Source of the DNA: Candidatus Pelearchaeum maunauluense
GTDB taxonomy: Archaea > Thermoproteota > Nitrososphaeria_A > Caldarchaeales > Caldarchaeaceae
Assembly (NCBI GenBank): GCA_030059675.1
Contig: JANVYQ010000014.1
Location: 1 to 28,664, forward strand
DNA: 28,664 nucleotides
Reading direction: 5' to 3'
The notes under the pieces: generated by a model
What the model was told of the DNA's origin: nothing
The model's database searches: none
What the model saw: only the letters and a program-made list of their open reading frames with translations
Translations under genes and position numbers: made by a program
Shown here: one piece after another, positions 18,670-27,686 of the stretch
Position numbering within the stretch: position 1 is the stretch's first letter
Layout: each line of letters starts with the position of its first letter

Positions 18670-19676
18670 CTCACGGCCGATGTGGTTGTTTCTTTTATGA
18701 ATACTTCACCAGCATAATGACAGGATACGAAATGCCCTTCATTAATCTCACGTAGAAAAGGTTCCTCCGTGCTGCATTTTTCGTTTGCGAATGGGCATCT
18801 TGGGTGAAACCTGCAGCCTGAGGGTGGGTTCATCAGGTTCGGAGGTTCGCCCTTAATCACCACCATCATCCTAAAACGGTTTTTGGGGTCTGGGTCTGGC
18901 AGGGTTGATATGAGCGCCTGAGTATATGGATGGATTGGATTCCTCAATACCTCACGCGTCTCCCCGTATTCGACTATCTTACCCGCGTACATCACTGCTA
19001 TCTTGTGGGAGAAGTACTTGGCAGTAGCTATGTCGTGTGTTATGTAGAGGAAAGCTAGGCCGAGCTTCTCCTGAAGCTCCCTGAGAAGATAAAGTATCTC
19101 AACCCTGACGCTGGCGTCTAGCATGGATACTGGCTCGTCAGCGACTACGTATTTGGGGCCCAGTATGAGGGCTCTCGCTATCGCGACCCTCTGTCTCTGG
19201 CCGCCGCTGAGCATGTGGGGATACTTAGCCGCGAAGAGCTCAACAGGCTGTAGCTTCACCAGCTCAAGAGCTCTATAGACAATATTGACGCGCTCCTCCT
19301 TACTCTTAACACCATGTATTATGAGTGGCTCCTCCAGTATGCGGAAAACTGGAAACGTCGGGCTGAGACTTGAGAACGGGTCTTGGAATATCATCGCTGT
19401 CTTCCGCCTAAACTCCATCAGCTGTTTTTTGTCTGTTATCTTCGTCAAGTCTTTGCCGTCGAATATTATGTGTCCCGCTGTGGGTTTTATGAGCCCCAGC
19501 GTGGCTCTGCCTAGTGTCGTTTTTCCTGACCCGCTCTCACCAACAAGAGCTAGGGTCTCCCGCTCATTGAGGGAAAAGCTTACTCCGTCAACAGCCTTAA
19601 CATACCCTAGTCTGCTGAAGATTCCCTTCTGAACAGGATACCAAATCCTTAAATCACTAACCTTAAGAAGCGTCAT
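18666..19676 (-). CDS. oppF: Oligopeptide/dipeptide ABC transporter ATPase
   Basis: GESGSGKTT, LSGGQRQRVAIA, ADEPVSMLD, C-terminal GCRFHPRC..C..CH. Confidence 0.92.
   Translation of the reverse strand: MTLLKVSDLRIWYPVQKGIFSRLGYVKAVDGVSFSLNERETLALVGESGSGKTTLGRATLGLIKPTAGHIIFDGKDLTKITDKKQLMEFRRKTAMIFQDPFSSLSPTFPVFRILEEPLIIHGVKSKEERVNIVYRALELVKLQPVELFAAKYPHMLSGGQRQRVAIARALILGPKYVVADEPVSMLDASVRVEILYLLRELQEKLGLAFLYITHDIATAKYFSHKIAVMYAGKIVEYGETREVLRNPIHPYTQALISTLPDPDPKNRFRMMVVIKGEPPNLMNPPSGCRFHPRCPFANEKCSTEEPFLREINEGHFVSCHYAGEVFIKETTTSAVS
18769..18812. repeat. 44-bp tract identical to 19749-19792 (oppF/oppD paralogs)
   Basis: GTGCTGCATTTTTCGTTTGCGAATGGGCATCTTGGGTGAAACCT occurs twice, 980 bp apart. 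Confidence 0.9.
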
Positions 19677-20641
19677 CCAACCTCACCAGCATAGTGGCAT
19701 GCTACTAAACGATTATTCTCACCGAATACTCTTAGAAGAGGTTCTTCTGTGCTGCATTTTTCGTTTGCGAATGGGCATCTTGGGTGAAACCTACAGCCAG
19801 GAGGCGGGCTTGCCAAGTCTGGTGGGGCGCCTGGAATAAAGATGGGCTCCCTATCAACCCTCAACAAGGGAACGCTACGCAGAAGCCGTTGAGTATATGG
19901 GTGAACTGGGTTATTGAATATATCCTCTGCTGAGCCTATTTCAACGATTCTACCAGCATACATTATCGCTACCCTATCTGCAAGCTCGCTGGCCAGTGCT
20001 AGGTCATGGGTTATGAATAAGTAGGAGAGGTTTAGCTCCCTCTTTAGCCTCTTAAGCAGATTTATTATGTTTGCCTGCGTCATCACGTCAAGGGCTGAGG
20101 TCGGCTCATCAAGTATAACGAGCTTAGGCCTCATCACAAGAGCCATGCCTATAACTACACGCTGCTTCATGCCACCGCTTAGCTCATGCGGGTAGCGGTC
20201 TATCACATAGGGCGGGAGACCAACATCCTCAAGTGCGCGTTTAGCCCTCTCCATAGCCTCCTCCCCGCTGAGATTTAGATGAAGTATCAAAGTCTCACTT
20301 ATCTGACTGCCAATCCTAAGAACAGGATTAAGAGCATTCATGGCGCCTTGAAAAACTATAGCAATACCCCGCCATCTAACACGTGTGCGCATACTCTCCT
20401 CATCAAGGCTAACTAGATTTCCAACGTTGTTAAAGAGAATAGACCCGTCGTATCTATGCACGTTCCGAGGCAGTATCCTGATTATAGAATACGCCAGCGA
20501 TGACTTACCGCACCCGCTCTCGCCGACTATAGCTAGGGTCTCTCCCTCATTTAGGCTGAATGAAACTCCATCAACCGCTCTAACTGGCCCGCGGCGCGTC
20601 CTGTAATGAAGGTGTAGGTCTTCGACGGTGAGTAAAGCCAT
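19673..20641 (-). CDS. oppD: Oligopeptide/dipeptide ABC transporter ATPase
   Basis: GESGCGKSS, YPHELSGGMKQR, DEPTSALD, C-terminal Cys motif. Confidence 0.92.
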   Translation of the reverse strand: MALLTVEDLHLHYRTRRGPVRAVDGVSFSLNEGETLAIVGESGCGKSSLAYSIIRILPRNVHRYDGSILFNNVGNLVSLDEESMRTRVRWRGIAIVFQGAMNALNPVLRIGSQISETLILHLNLSGEEAMERAKRALEDVGLPPYVIDRYPHELSGGMKQRVVIGMALVMRPKLVILDEPTSALDVMTQANIINLLKRLKRELNLSYLFITHDLALASELADRVAIMYAGRIVEIGSAEDIFNNPVHPYTQRLLRSVPLLRVDREPIFIPGAPPDLASPPPGCRFHPRCPFANEKCSTEEPLLRVFGENNRLVACHYAGEVG

Positions 20642-20659
20642 GTGCGCAGCCTCCCTCCC

Positions 20660-22048
20660 TTACTCCTCCCTTAGACGCGGATTAACGACCTTATCAAACG
20701 AATATGCGAATAGTGTGAATCCTAGTGAGACTAGTATTATCATTAGGGCGGGGAATATGACCCACCACCAGTAGCCCAGGTAGAGCGCGCCTTCCTCATA
20801 TGCGTCGCCTAGAATCTTGCCCCAGCTCGGTATGTTGGGGTCTCCTAGGTCGAGGAAGCTTAGGGTTGCCTCTAAGAATATGTAGATGGGCGCGCTTAGG
20901 GCTATGAGGGCGAACATATAAGGCAACATACGCGGCAGCATGTAGAGAAAGAGCACCCTCTTCTTGGAAGCACCGTAAGAAATAGCCGCCTCAATGTACT
21001 GCTCTTCCCTTATCTGAAGAACCATGCTACGCGCGACCTTGGAGGATACTCCCACTAGGCTGAATAGGATAACCCAGCCCAACAACGCCCATATGTTAAT
21101 TCCGTAGATTATGTTGACCAGTATAAGTATGGGCAGGACGGGTATTATGAGGAAGAAGTCAGCAACACGTTGGACGAGTTCGTCAGAGCGTGTGCCAAAC
21201 CATGTTCCAGCAGCACCTATAATAACCTGCAACAAAACAGTAACCACCGCCGCTATGGTTCCGAAGGCAAGCGCTATAGGAGCGCCCCACATTATACCGA
21301 CTATCAAGTCTCGGCGGAATGCATCAGTCCCGAACAAGCCGAAAGCATTACCATAAACGTATAAACGTGGCCTTACTTCAGTCCTATCGTCAAACGCTAT
21401 AACATCGATAGTGAGTCGATATATTCCACGAAGAACGCTGGCCTTCATTCGGTCATTCATATTCGCATCCTTAACAGCAAAAAGAACGACTTCAGGATAT
21501 ACTGCGCTTGGTGCCACTCCAAAATTACTAAACAAATAGGAAACTATAAGATCTTGACTCTGGGGGTCAAGCGATAGGTTGACTATATTCTCGCCCTTAT
21601 TGGGCAGTCCCTGGAAAATTACGATATTCTCCCCGTCAGGCCTACTTAATGTAATCCTTATCTGCGGCTTTTGCACCTCATAATCAGCATCTAAGACAAG
21701 CTTAATCTCAGAAGGGAAATTCCTAAAGGAGTAGCGGAAAGAGCTCGTGTGGGTGGTTATACGTATATCACCCTGCTGAGTAGTAGTTGAGGAGAATTCA
21801 TCCAGAATTATGGTTGTTGAATATTTGTCTGGCATTATAATAGTCATCCAGCTAGGGGCAGCAAGAACGGGGTTATCGCTCCACCACTGTATGTCGTTCC
21901 ACTTCTTGGCTATGTCAAATGGCGCTATAAAGGGTGTTAATAGGGCTAGGGAGGTTATGAATAAGAGCAGGACTACCCCGATTATGCCAGTCTTGCTTCT
22001 TAGAACCTCTCTAAAAACCTGCTTCAAGCCGGTTGGTGGGGCGCTCAT
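20660..22048 (-). CDS. oppC: Oligopeptide ABC transporter permease with large extracytoplasmic insertion
   Basis: FGTDAFRRD, EAA loop YIEAAISYGAS, SWGKIL, NPRL end; soluble insertion after the first TM helix. Confidence 0.9.
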   Translation of the reverse strand: MSAPPTGLKQVFREVLRSKTGIIGVVLLLFITSLALLTPFIAPFDIAKKWNDIQWWSDNPVLAAPSWMTIIMPDKYSTTIILDEFSSTTTQQGDIRITTHTSSFRYSFRNFPSEIKLVLDADYEVQKPQIRITLSRPDGENIVIFQGLPNKGENIVNLSLDPQSQDLIVSYLFSNFGVAPSAVYPEVVLFAVKDANMNDRMKASVLRGIYRLTIDVIAFDDRTEVRPRLYVYGNAFGLFGTDAFRRDLIVGIMWGAPIALAFGTIAAVVTVLLQVIIGAAGTWFGTRSDELVQRVADFFLIIPVLPILILVNIIYGINIWALLGWVILFSLVGVSSKVARSMVLQIREEQYIEAAISYGASKKRVLFLYMLPRMLPYMFALIALSAPIYIFLEATLSFLDLGDPNIPSWGKILGDAYEEGALYLGYWWWVIFPALMIILVSLGFTLFAYSFDKVVNPRLREE

Positions 22049-22055
22049 TGCTGCT

Positions 22056-23114
22056 TCACCCGCTTATCTTGATACGTGGGTCCAGGATGGCGTATATTAT
22101 GTCGAGGAGTATGACTGTGAGGAAGATTAGATAAGCCAGAACGACTGTCAGACCTATGAGAACAGGAGCGTCTAGAACCTCTATGGCAAGGAGAAACAGC
22201 AGCCCAAGGCCAGGCCAGTTGAAGACAGCCTCCGTGATTATAGCGCCGGTCCATGAGAAGACTAAGGCGAAGACCATTCCAGTAACTATCGGTGGTGAGG
22301 CAGGTCTTAGAACATACCTGAAGAGAACCCTGTTGCTGGGCAATCCTCGCGCTTTAGCTGCTGTGACGAAGTCCTCGCTCATAGTCTGGAGTACTATGTT
22401 CCGCGTGGTGTATGACCAGTAGCCGAAGGTGGCGAAAACCCATGTAATCAGCGGTAGGGCGAGGTGGTATAGCAGGTCAAGCGCGTATCCAAGCGGGTCT
22501 GCTGGCGGTGGCGCGCTCACCATCCCGCCAGGTGGGAATATACGCAGGTAAAATGAAAACAAGAGTATGAAGAGTATCCCGAAAAACCAAGCAGGCTGAA
22601 CATAGGTGAATATAGAAAAGAGTATCATACTCCTATCAAACTTGCTTAGTGCTTTCTTTGCTTGCTGAAGACCTAGATAAAGCCCTAGCAGGGAAGCAAG
22701 AACGGTTCCCGTAGTGAAGAGAAGTATAGTCCTTGGGAGACGTTCGAGTATTATTTCAGAGACCATGCTGGAGCCTGAAGCGCTTTTGAGAAAGGACGCT
22801 CTGCCTAGGTTTAGTGTTAACGCGTTCGTTAGCTGTATCATTGAGCGTATGGGGAATGGTTGGTCTAGGCCTGCTGCCTTTATACGCGCATTGAACTGAA
22901 CCGCTATGAGGCGCTCTTTCTCCTCGTTAGATAAAACGGCAAACATAGGGTCTCGGTTAAGCTTCTGGACAATCTCAAACTTTATCTGGTCTTTGAGGAG
23001 CTTATCAACGTATCCTCCCATATTGGCTATTACAACCGTGGCATAGATCGCTAGCACTAGGGTTAGCGAGAGTATGGCTATGCGCTTTATCATGTATCGT
23101 GTGAGATTGCTCAT
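22056..23114 (-). CDS. oppB: Oligopeptide ABC transporter permease
   Basis: ERLPRTILL, DFVTAAKARGL, EAVFNWPGLG, DIIYAILDPRI. Confidence 0.92.
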   Translation of the reverse strand: MSNLTRYMIKRIAILSLTLVLAIYATVVIANMGGYVDKLLKDQIKFEIVQKLNRDPMFAVLSNEEKERLIAVQFNARIKAAGLDQPFPIRSMIQLTNALTLNLGRASFLKSASGSSMVSEIILERLPRTILLFTTGTVLASLLGLYLGLQQAKKALSKFDRSMILFSIFTYVQPAWFFGILFILLFSFYLRIFPPGGMVSAPPPADPLGYALDLLYHLALPLITWVFATFGYWSYTTRNIVLQTMSEDFVTAAKARGLPSNRVLFRYVLRPASPPIVTGMVFALVFSWTGAIITEAVFNWPGLGLLFLLAIEVLDAPVLIGLTVVLAYLIFLTVILLDIIYAILDPRIKISG

Positions 23115-23173
23115 TTTTCATCTTTGCTACGTATATACTATCCAAAAAACTTTTACCTAACCAGCATGGATAA

Positions 23174-23704
23174 GTGCATAAGTTGCCGCCGCGATGCTCT
23201 GATAGGCGCTGTCTAATCCTAGGGCTAGTCCTGATTCTTGTGGGGATATCGGCGGTTCTAGTCTCAGGATACCGTATATACTCCACCGAGCGCTCAGTCA
23301 GCTACTCGCTCTTTATGGATGGTTTATCCAGCGACTCAATAACTTATATCGTGGGCGATGGTTACTACATCGTTGTAGAATATTTCAATATAAGCTGCGG
23401 CATAAGGCTGCGTCTGACGCTCTGGACTACGGCCCTGGAGGACGGCAGGCCAGGCGGTGGGCTTGACTGCCAGAATACACAACTCTACATCCCAATCTGG
23501 GAGCCTGGGCAGCCGCGGCTTGCATCAATAAAACTGAAGGCGGAGAATTTCGCCGAAACAGCGGCGCAGATAGGCATAAGAATAACCGAATACCGCGCGC
23601 AGACACCCTACCTACCCCTATCCTTATTAGGCTATATAATATGGATAGCAGGCTTCGCCCTCCTCCTAAACGCCTTCATCAGGCAAACATATTCGCGTGG
23701 TTAA
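23174..23704 (+). CDS. Hypothetical membrane protein (N- and C-terminal TM helices, beta-rich middle)
   Basis: 176-aa ORF that exactly fills the oppB-oppA gap; hydrophobic segments at both ends. Confidence 0.7.
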   Translation: MHKLPPRCSDRRCLILGLVLILVGISAVLVSGYRIYSTERSVSYSLFMDGLSSDSITYIVGDGYYIVVEYFNISCGIRLRLTLWTTALEDGRPGGGLDCQNTQLYIPIWEPGQPRLASIKLKAENFAETAAQIGIRITEYRAQTPYLPLSLLGYIIWIAGFALLLNAFIRQTYSRG

Positions 23705-23714
23705 AAAATATAAA
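23703..23714 (+). promoter_or_regulatory. BRE-like A-tract and TATAAA box of oppA
   Basis: TATAAA at 23709-23714, 26 bp before ATG 23740. Confidence 0.55.
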
Positions 23715-23739
23715 CCTGTTTATTAGCTAATATTATCCG

Positions 23740-26490
23740 ATGAAAAACAATGTTATGTTCCGAACTACGGTAATGCTATTGGCTGTGCTACTGCTCGCCG
23801 TGTCCTTCTACGCCTATCCAATCGCGGCACAAGAGAAGGGACCATACGTTGATGAGATAGTGATGGTACGCGAGCCAGACTCAGCAAAGGCATTCAGGAG
23901 AATTGAAGCTGGAGAGATAGACATGTACCTATGGTACATTAAGGGTGATACGGCGCGCGCTGCCAAGGAGTCGCCCAATGTAAAACTACTAAATGCCTAC
24001 TCAGGTGTCAACGACCTCTTCGTCAACCCTGTGCAGTTCAAGGAGGGATTCAATCCATTCGCCATCCGCGAGGTAAGGGAAGCGCTCAACCTACTAGTTG
24101 ACAGAGACTATATAGTTACCAACATCTTCAAGGGCTTCGCTTTACCGCAATACACGGTCTGGCAGCCTGTAAGCCCAGACTACGCTAGGGAGGTTGCTTT
24201 CATAAAGAAACTTGAAGCCAAGTACAGAAATGATCTAGGCATGGCTCGCGAGATGATTAGCCAAGCTCTAAAGAACGCTGGGGCTGAGCTTGTTGATGGT
24301 AAGTGGATGTACCAGGGAGAGCCTGTTAAGGTCATCTTCTACATACGTGTTGAGGATGAACGCCGTCAGATAGGTGATTACATAGCCGACCTGCTAGAAC
24401 AGCTTGGCTTTACAGTCCAGCGCGAATACGCCACAGGCTTAAAGGCTTTCCAAGTAGTCTATTCAGGCGACCCAGCAGCGGGTACATGGAACCTATATAC
24501 CGAGGGATGGGTTTTCAATGCAATAACATCATACGATGACACGCTTCCATCCTTCATGTTCACCTCACCAGGGAGCGGCACTGTCTTCAACGTATACCAG
24601 CCACCAGAAGAACTCACCAACGTAGCCAACAAGCTAGCGCAGGCGGAGTATAAATCACTTGAAGAGAGAAGTCAGCTAGTGCAGCAAGTAACCGAGCTGG
24701 GGACTAAAGATGGTGTTAGAGTATGGCTCGTTACGCAGGTAACTCCATTCCCATACGCCGCCAAGGTAACTAATGTTGCTGGCGACTTAATAGGCGGCGC
24801 ATGGTCTCTATTCACATTAAGGACACCAAGGATTGTGCAAGCAGCTACCGCACCAGGATTATTCGCACCTGGCCCAGGCTCTACTTTAACCGTTGCCCAG
24901 AGAACACTCTTCGTAAGCGGCTGGAACACCGCTCCAGGAGAATCTGGATTTACATGGCTCTACGACGCGCTGGTGCGCTACGCCGTGTCTGACCCAGGTG
25001 TATGGCCGCATCCACACACAGGAAGATACATACCTATCAGAGCGCAGTTCTCAGTAGAGACGGCCGGGCCTGACGGAACATTACCCGTACCGTCAGATGC
25101 TATTATCTGGGATGTGGAGCAGCAGCAGTGGGTTAATGTAGGAGACGGCGCAACGGCAAGAAGCAAGGTAACCTTCACATACGACTTCGGCGTCTGGCAC
25201 CACGGACAGCCAATCACAATGGCAGACCTACTGTTCGGAATAGCTACTGTGCTGGAGGTGCTGAACGAGAAGAGTAAAATCTATGATCCCAACGTTGAAA
25301 ACCCAGGCCTAAGAACATTCGTTGATAAGCTAGTAGGTGTTAAGCAAGTAGATGATAACACCTTGGAGGTTTACATAAACTACTGGCATCCAGACTCCAC
25401 ATTCATAGCGGCGCAGGCTAACGTATGGGAGGACACGCCTTGGGATGTGCAGGCTTTGATGAACTGGGTGTATGAAAACGGCCAGGCAGCGTTTAGTGAG
25501 GCGAAAGCCCAGGAGCTTGGTGTTGAGCAGATAGACCTGGCCAAGGGCCCGACAATACCCATACTGAAGAAAGCGCTGGACCAGCTTATGGCCATGAACT
25601 ATGTCCCGCCAGCGCTTGATGGAATAATAACCGCCGGCGAGGCGGCTGCGAGATGGAAGGCTCTAAGAGACTGGTATGACAAGAGGGGCCACTTCTTCGT
25701 AAGCAACGGGCCATACTACCTGGAGAAGGCAGACCCAGCGGCATACCAGATAATCATGAAGGCATTCCGCGACTACGTATACGGCCCCGATAAGTGGAAC
25801 GAGCTAGTTACGCCAAAGGTGCCTGACATATCACCTGAGCTCCCGCCAATAGTAACCGTCGGTGAGGAGGCGCTATTCATAGTCAGCAGCAGCCTAGCCG
25901 GAGCACCATACTCTGATGTAAAGATCTCATACATGATTGTTGACCCGCTTTCAGGAGAGATAATCACCAGCGGCGATGCTAAAGGAATAGGTGCTGGGAA
26001 GTTCGCCATTGGGCTGCCATCCAGCTTTACCGCCACACTCAAGCCAGGAACTTACGAGATGGTGATAGTCGGTGTTGGTGTAGAAGCCGCCTTGCCGCGG
26101 GTTGCTTCCACAACATTCACAGTACTTCCTTCAGTAAGAGCAGTGGAGGAGAAGGTCACAGAGCTGGAGAAGCGCTTCAGCGAGCAGCTGGCCGGCCTTG
26201 AAGACAGGATTAGAGCGGTCTCCGAGTCCCTGGCAGACGCCATAAACGAGCTGGGCCAGACCATGGGCAGTGCGCTTGACGAGATACGCGCAGAAACAAC
26301 GCAGTTGGCGTCAAAGAGCGATGTCAATGCGGTTAAGTCTGACGTGAATACGGTTAGGTCAACGGTGGAAACGCTTAGCGCTGATGTGGATGAACTGCGG
26401 TCGGCGATATCAACGTTGCAGACGCTGCTGATAATCGTCGTCATACTTGCGCTAATCGGCATAGTCGTACCGTTCGTACGGAAGCGCTAA
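23740..26490 (+). CDS. oppA: Archaeal peptide ABC transporter substrate-binding protein (SBP family 5) with coiled-coil stalk and C-terminal TM anchor
   Basis: Signal peptide, NPFAIREVREALNLLVDRDYIV, WHHGQPITMAD, SNGPYYL; heptad region, then LLIIVVILALIGIVVPFVRKR. Confidence 0.88.
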   Translation: MKNNVMFRTTVMLLAVLLLAVSFYAYPIAAQEKGPYVDEIVMVREPDSAKAFRRIEAGEIDMYLWYIKGDTARAAKESPNVKLLNAYSGVNDLFVNPVQFKEGFNPFAIREVREALNLLVDRDYIVTNIFKGFALPQYTVWQPVSPDYAREVAFIKKLEAKYRNDLGMAREMISQALKNAGAELVDGKWMYQGEPVKVIFYIRVEDERRQIGDYIADLLEQLGFTVQREYATGLKAFQVVYSGDPAAGTWNLYTEGWVFNAITSYDDTLPSFMFTSPGSGTVFNVYQPPEELTNVANKLAQAEYKSLEERSQLVQQVTELGTKDGVRVWLVTQVTPFPYAAKVTNVAGDLIGGAWSLFTLRTPRIVQAATAPGLFAPGPGSTLTVAQRTLFVSGWNTAPGESGFTWLYDALVRYAVSDPGVWPHPHTGRYIPIRAQFSVETAGPDGTLPVPSDAIIWDVEQQQWVNVGDGATARSKVTFTYDFGVWHHGQPITMADLLFGIATVLEVLNEKSKIYDPNVENPGLRTFVDKLVGVKQVDDNTLEVYINYWHPDSTFIAAQANVWEDTPWDVQALMNWVYENGQAAFSEAKAQELGVEQIDLAKGPTIPILKKALDQLMAMNYVPPALDGIITAGEAAARWKALRDWYDKRGHFFVSNGPYYLEKADPAAYQIIMKAFRDYVYGPDKWNELVTPKVPDISPELPPIVTVGEEALFIVSSSLAGAPYSDVKISYMIVDPLSGEIITSGDAKGIGAGKFAIGLPSSFTATLKPGTYEMVIVGVGVEAALPRVASTTFTVLPSVRAVEEKVTELEKRFSEQLAGLEDRIRAVSESLADAINELGQTMGSALDEIRAETTQLASKSDVNAVKSDVNTVRSTVETLSADVDELRSAISTLQTLLIIVVILALIGIVVPFVRKR

Positions 26491-26501
26491 AACCAAAACC
26501 C

Positions 26502-26530
26502 TTTACTATATTTTTTGAAAAATTAAAAAT
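26502..26530. terminator. Back-to-back T-tracts between convergent oppA and zinc-finger gene
   Basis: T6 at 26511-26516 on the + strand; A-tracts at 26518-26529 read as T-tracts on the - strand. Confidence 0.5.
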
Positions 26531-26546
26531 CTCGTAATTAGCAAGA

Positions 26547-26720
26547 TTATATTATGTCTTCTAGGGGCTTTCCCAACGCCCATGTAAAACCACATCTTGG
26601 GCAGTATAGTGTCCATACTTTTTGTGTCTTGGCATCGCTGGGCCTGAGGGGGATGGTCAGCTCATAGCCACATCTAGGGCATTTATACCCCCCTGTTCTC
26701 CACGGGCTCGTCTCTTCCAC
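26547..26720 (-). CDS. 57-aa CPxCG zinc-finger microprotein
   Basis: Manual translation from GTG: MEETSPWRTGGYKCPRCGYELTIPLRPSDAKTQKVWTLYCPRCGFTWALGKPLEDII*; AT-rich TATA-like box about 30 bp upstream. Confidence 0.75.
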   Translation of the reverse strand: MEETSPWRTGGYKCPRCGYELTIPLRPSDAKTQKVWTLYCPRCGFTWALGKPLEDII

Positions 26721-26774
26721 TTCTAGCCGTCTTAGCTTCAGCTAACCCTATATATTATGTGTTATCCAGCTCAT

Positions 26775-27263
26775 TCATACAGGCGGCTTCGTGTCATGCT
26801 TGGCAACCCACTCAGGTGTTTTGAAGTTCTTGGTCATATAGTCGCTGCGGAAGGGCTTTATGTCCAGTATTGGTGTGCCGTTGAAAAGGTCTAGGCCATA
26901 CACGCGGAGCAGGTTCTCCTCTCTTGCTATAAGCTTGACCAGCGTAAGTCCTATAGGGTTGGGCCGTACAGGTGAGTCTGATGCGAAGACCCCTATTGTG
27001 GGTAGTTGTTCTGGTCTGAAGCCCAGTCTAAGTAAGCGCTTAGGCTTTATCGTCAGCAGATGTCTATCCTCCTCAGAAACCCTATCTAGGAACGAAAATA
27101 GGAAAATATGCGAATAATCCTCAATTCCTTCCAACCCGCGGGCGTATTCTGGAAAAACCTCCACCACGCCCTCAACCTCGCCTGGCTGTGCGCGGATATA
27201 GTCATCATCAAAATCCACGCGGACTACGCCTATGGCCGTTAGCTCAAACCTACGGCGATACAC
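26775..27263 (-). CDS. tsaA: TsaA/TrmO family tRNA (t6A37-N6) methyltransferase-like protein
   Basis: GLEGIEDYSHI, GVFASDSPVRPNPIGLT, GLDLFNGTPILDIKP. Confidence 0.88.
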   Translation of the reverse strand: MYRRRFELTAIGVVRVDFDDDYIRAQPGEVEGVVEVFPEYARGLEGIEDYSHIFLFSFLDRVSEEDRHLLTIKPKRLLRLGFRPEQLPTIGVFASDSPVRPNPIGLTLVKLIAREENLLRVYGLDLFNGTPILDIKPFRSDYMTKNFKTPEWVAKHDTKPPV

Positions 27264-27369
27264 AGAAATATTTCAACGACTTACTATAATATGAGTCAAA
27301 TGCCCGGGTAAGGCCGGGCCCTCCGTAAAAAGGCAAGGTTTAAATTCCATCAAAAACATAAAGAATACG

Positions 27370-27543
27370 ATGCCGTTAACACTGTTCGAGTTGGCAATCA
27401 TAATCGCCATAATACTAGTCTTAATCTTTGTTCTGCCAGGCAAGCTACCACAGATAGTTAGGTCAGTGGTAAAGGCAAAGAAAGAATTTGAAGAAGCAAC
27501 CAAAGAAGGCTCCGAAACTAAGGGAGAGAAAGAAAAGGAATAA
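27370..27543 (+). CDS. tatA: Twin-arginine translocase TatA/E family subunit
   Basis: Manual translation MPLTLFELAIIIAIILVLIFVLPGKLPQIVRSVVKAKKEFEEATKEGSETKGEKEKE*: TM helix, KLP, amphipathic helix with EF, charged tail; TTTAAA box 26 bp upstream. Confidence 0.75.
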   Translation: MPLTLFELAIIIAIILVLIFVLPGKLPQIVRSVVKAKKEFEEATKEGSETKGEKEKE

Positions 27544-27594
27544 GATAATCTAGATGCCCTTAGGTGGTTCAGATCTAGTATTATAAGAGTTGTC

Positions 27595-27686
27595 TCTATC
27601 TAGAGATGAGTTACATTTAGGTTGGTTTGAATATACCCAATTAGTTCGTCAAATAACTTCTATCTAGAGATGAGTTACATTTAGGT
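27595..27686. repeat. Two exact 28-bp direct repeats separated by 36 bp (mini-CRISPR-like geometry)
   Basis: TCTATCTAGAGATGAGTTACATTTAGGT at 27595-27622 and 27659-27686. Confidence 0.9.

Noticed and set aside
27273-27503. 76-aa minus-strand ORF
   Set aside because: Antisense to the better-supported tatA gene.
27595-27686. Confident CRISPR array or Xer/dif site call
   Set aside because: Only two repeats, with no leader or cas evidence. The 28-bp length is dif-like, but the arms do not form an 11-6-11 inverted pair. Kept as an unexplained repeat.
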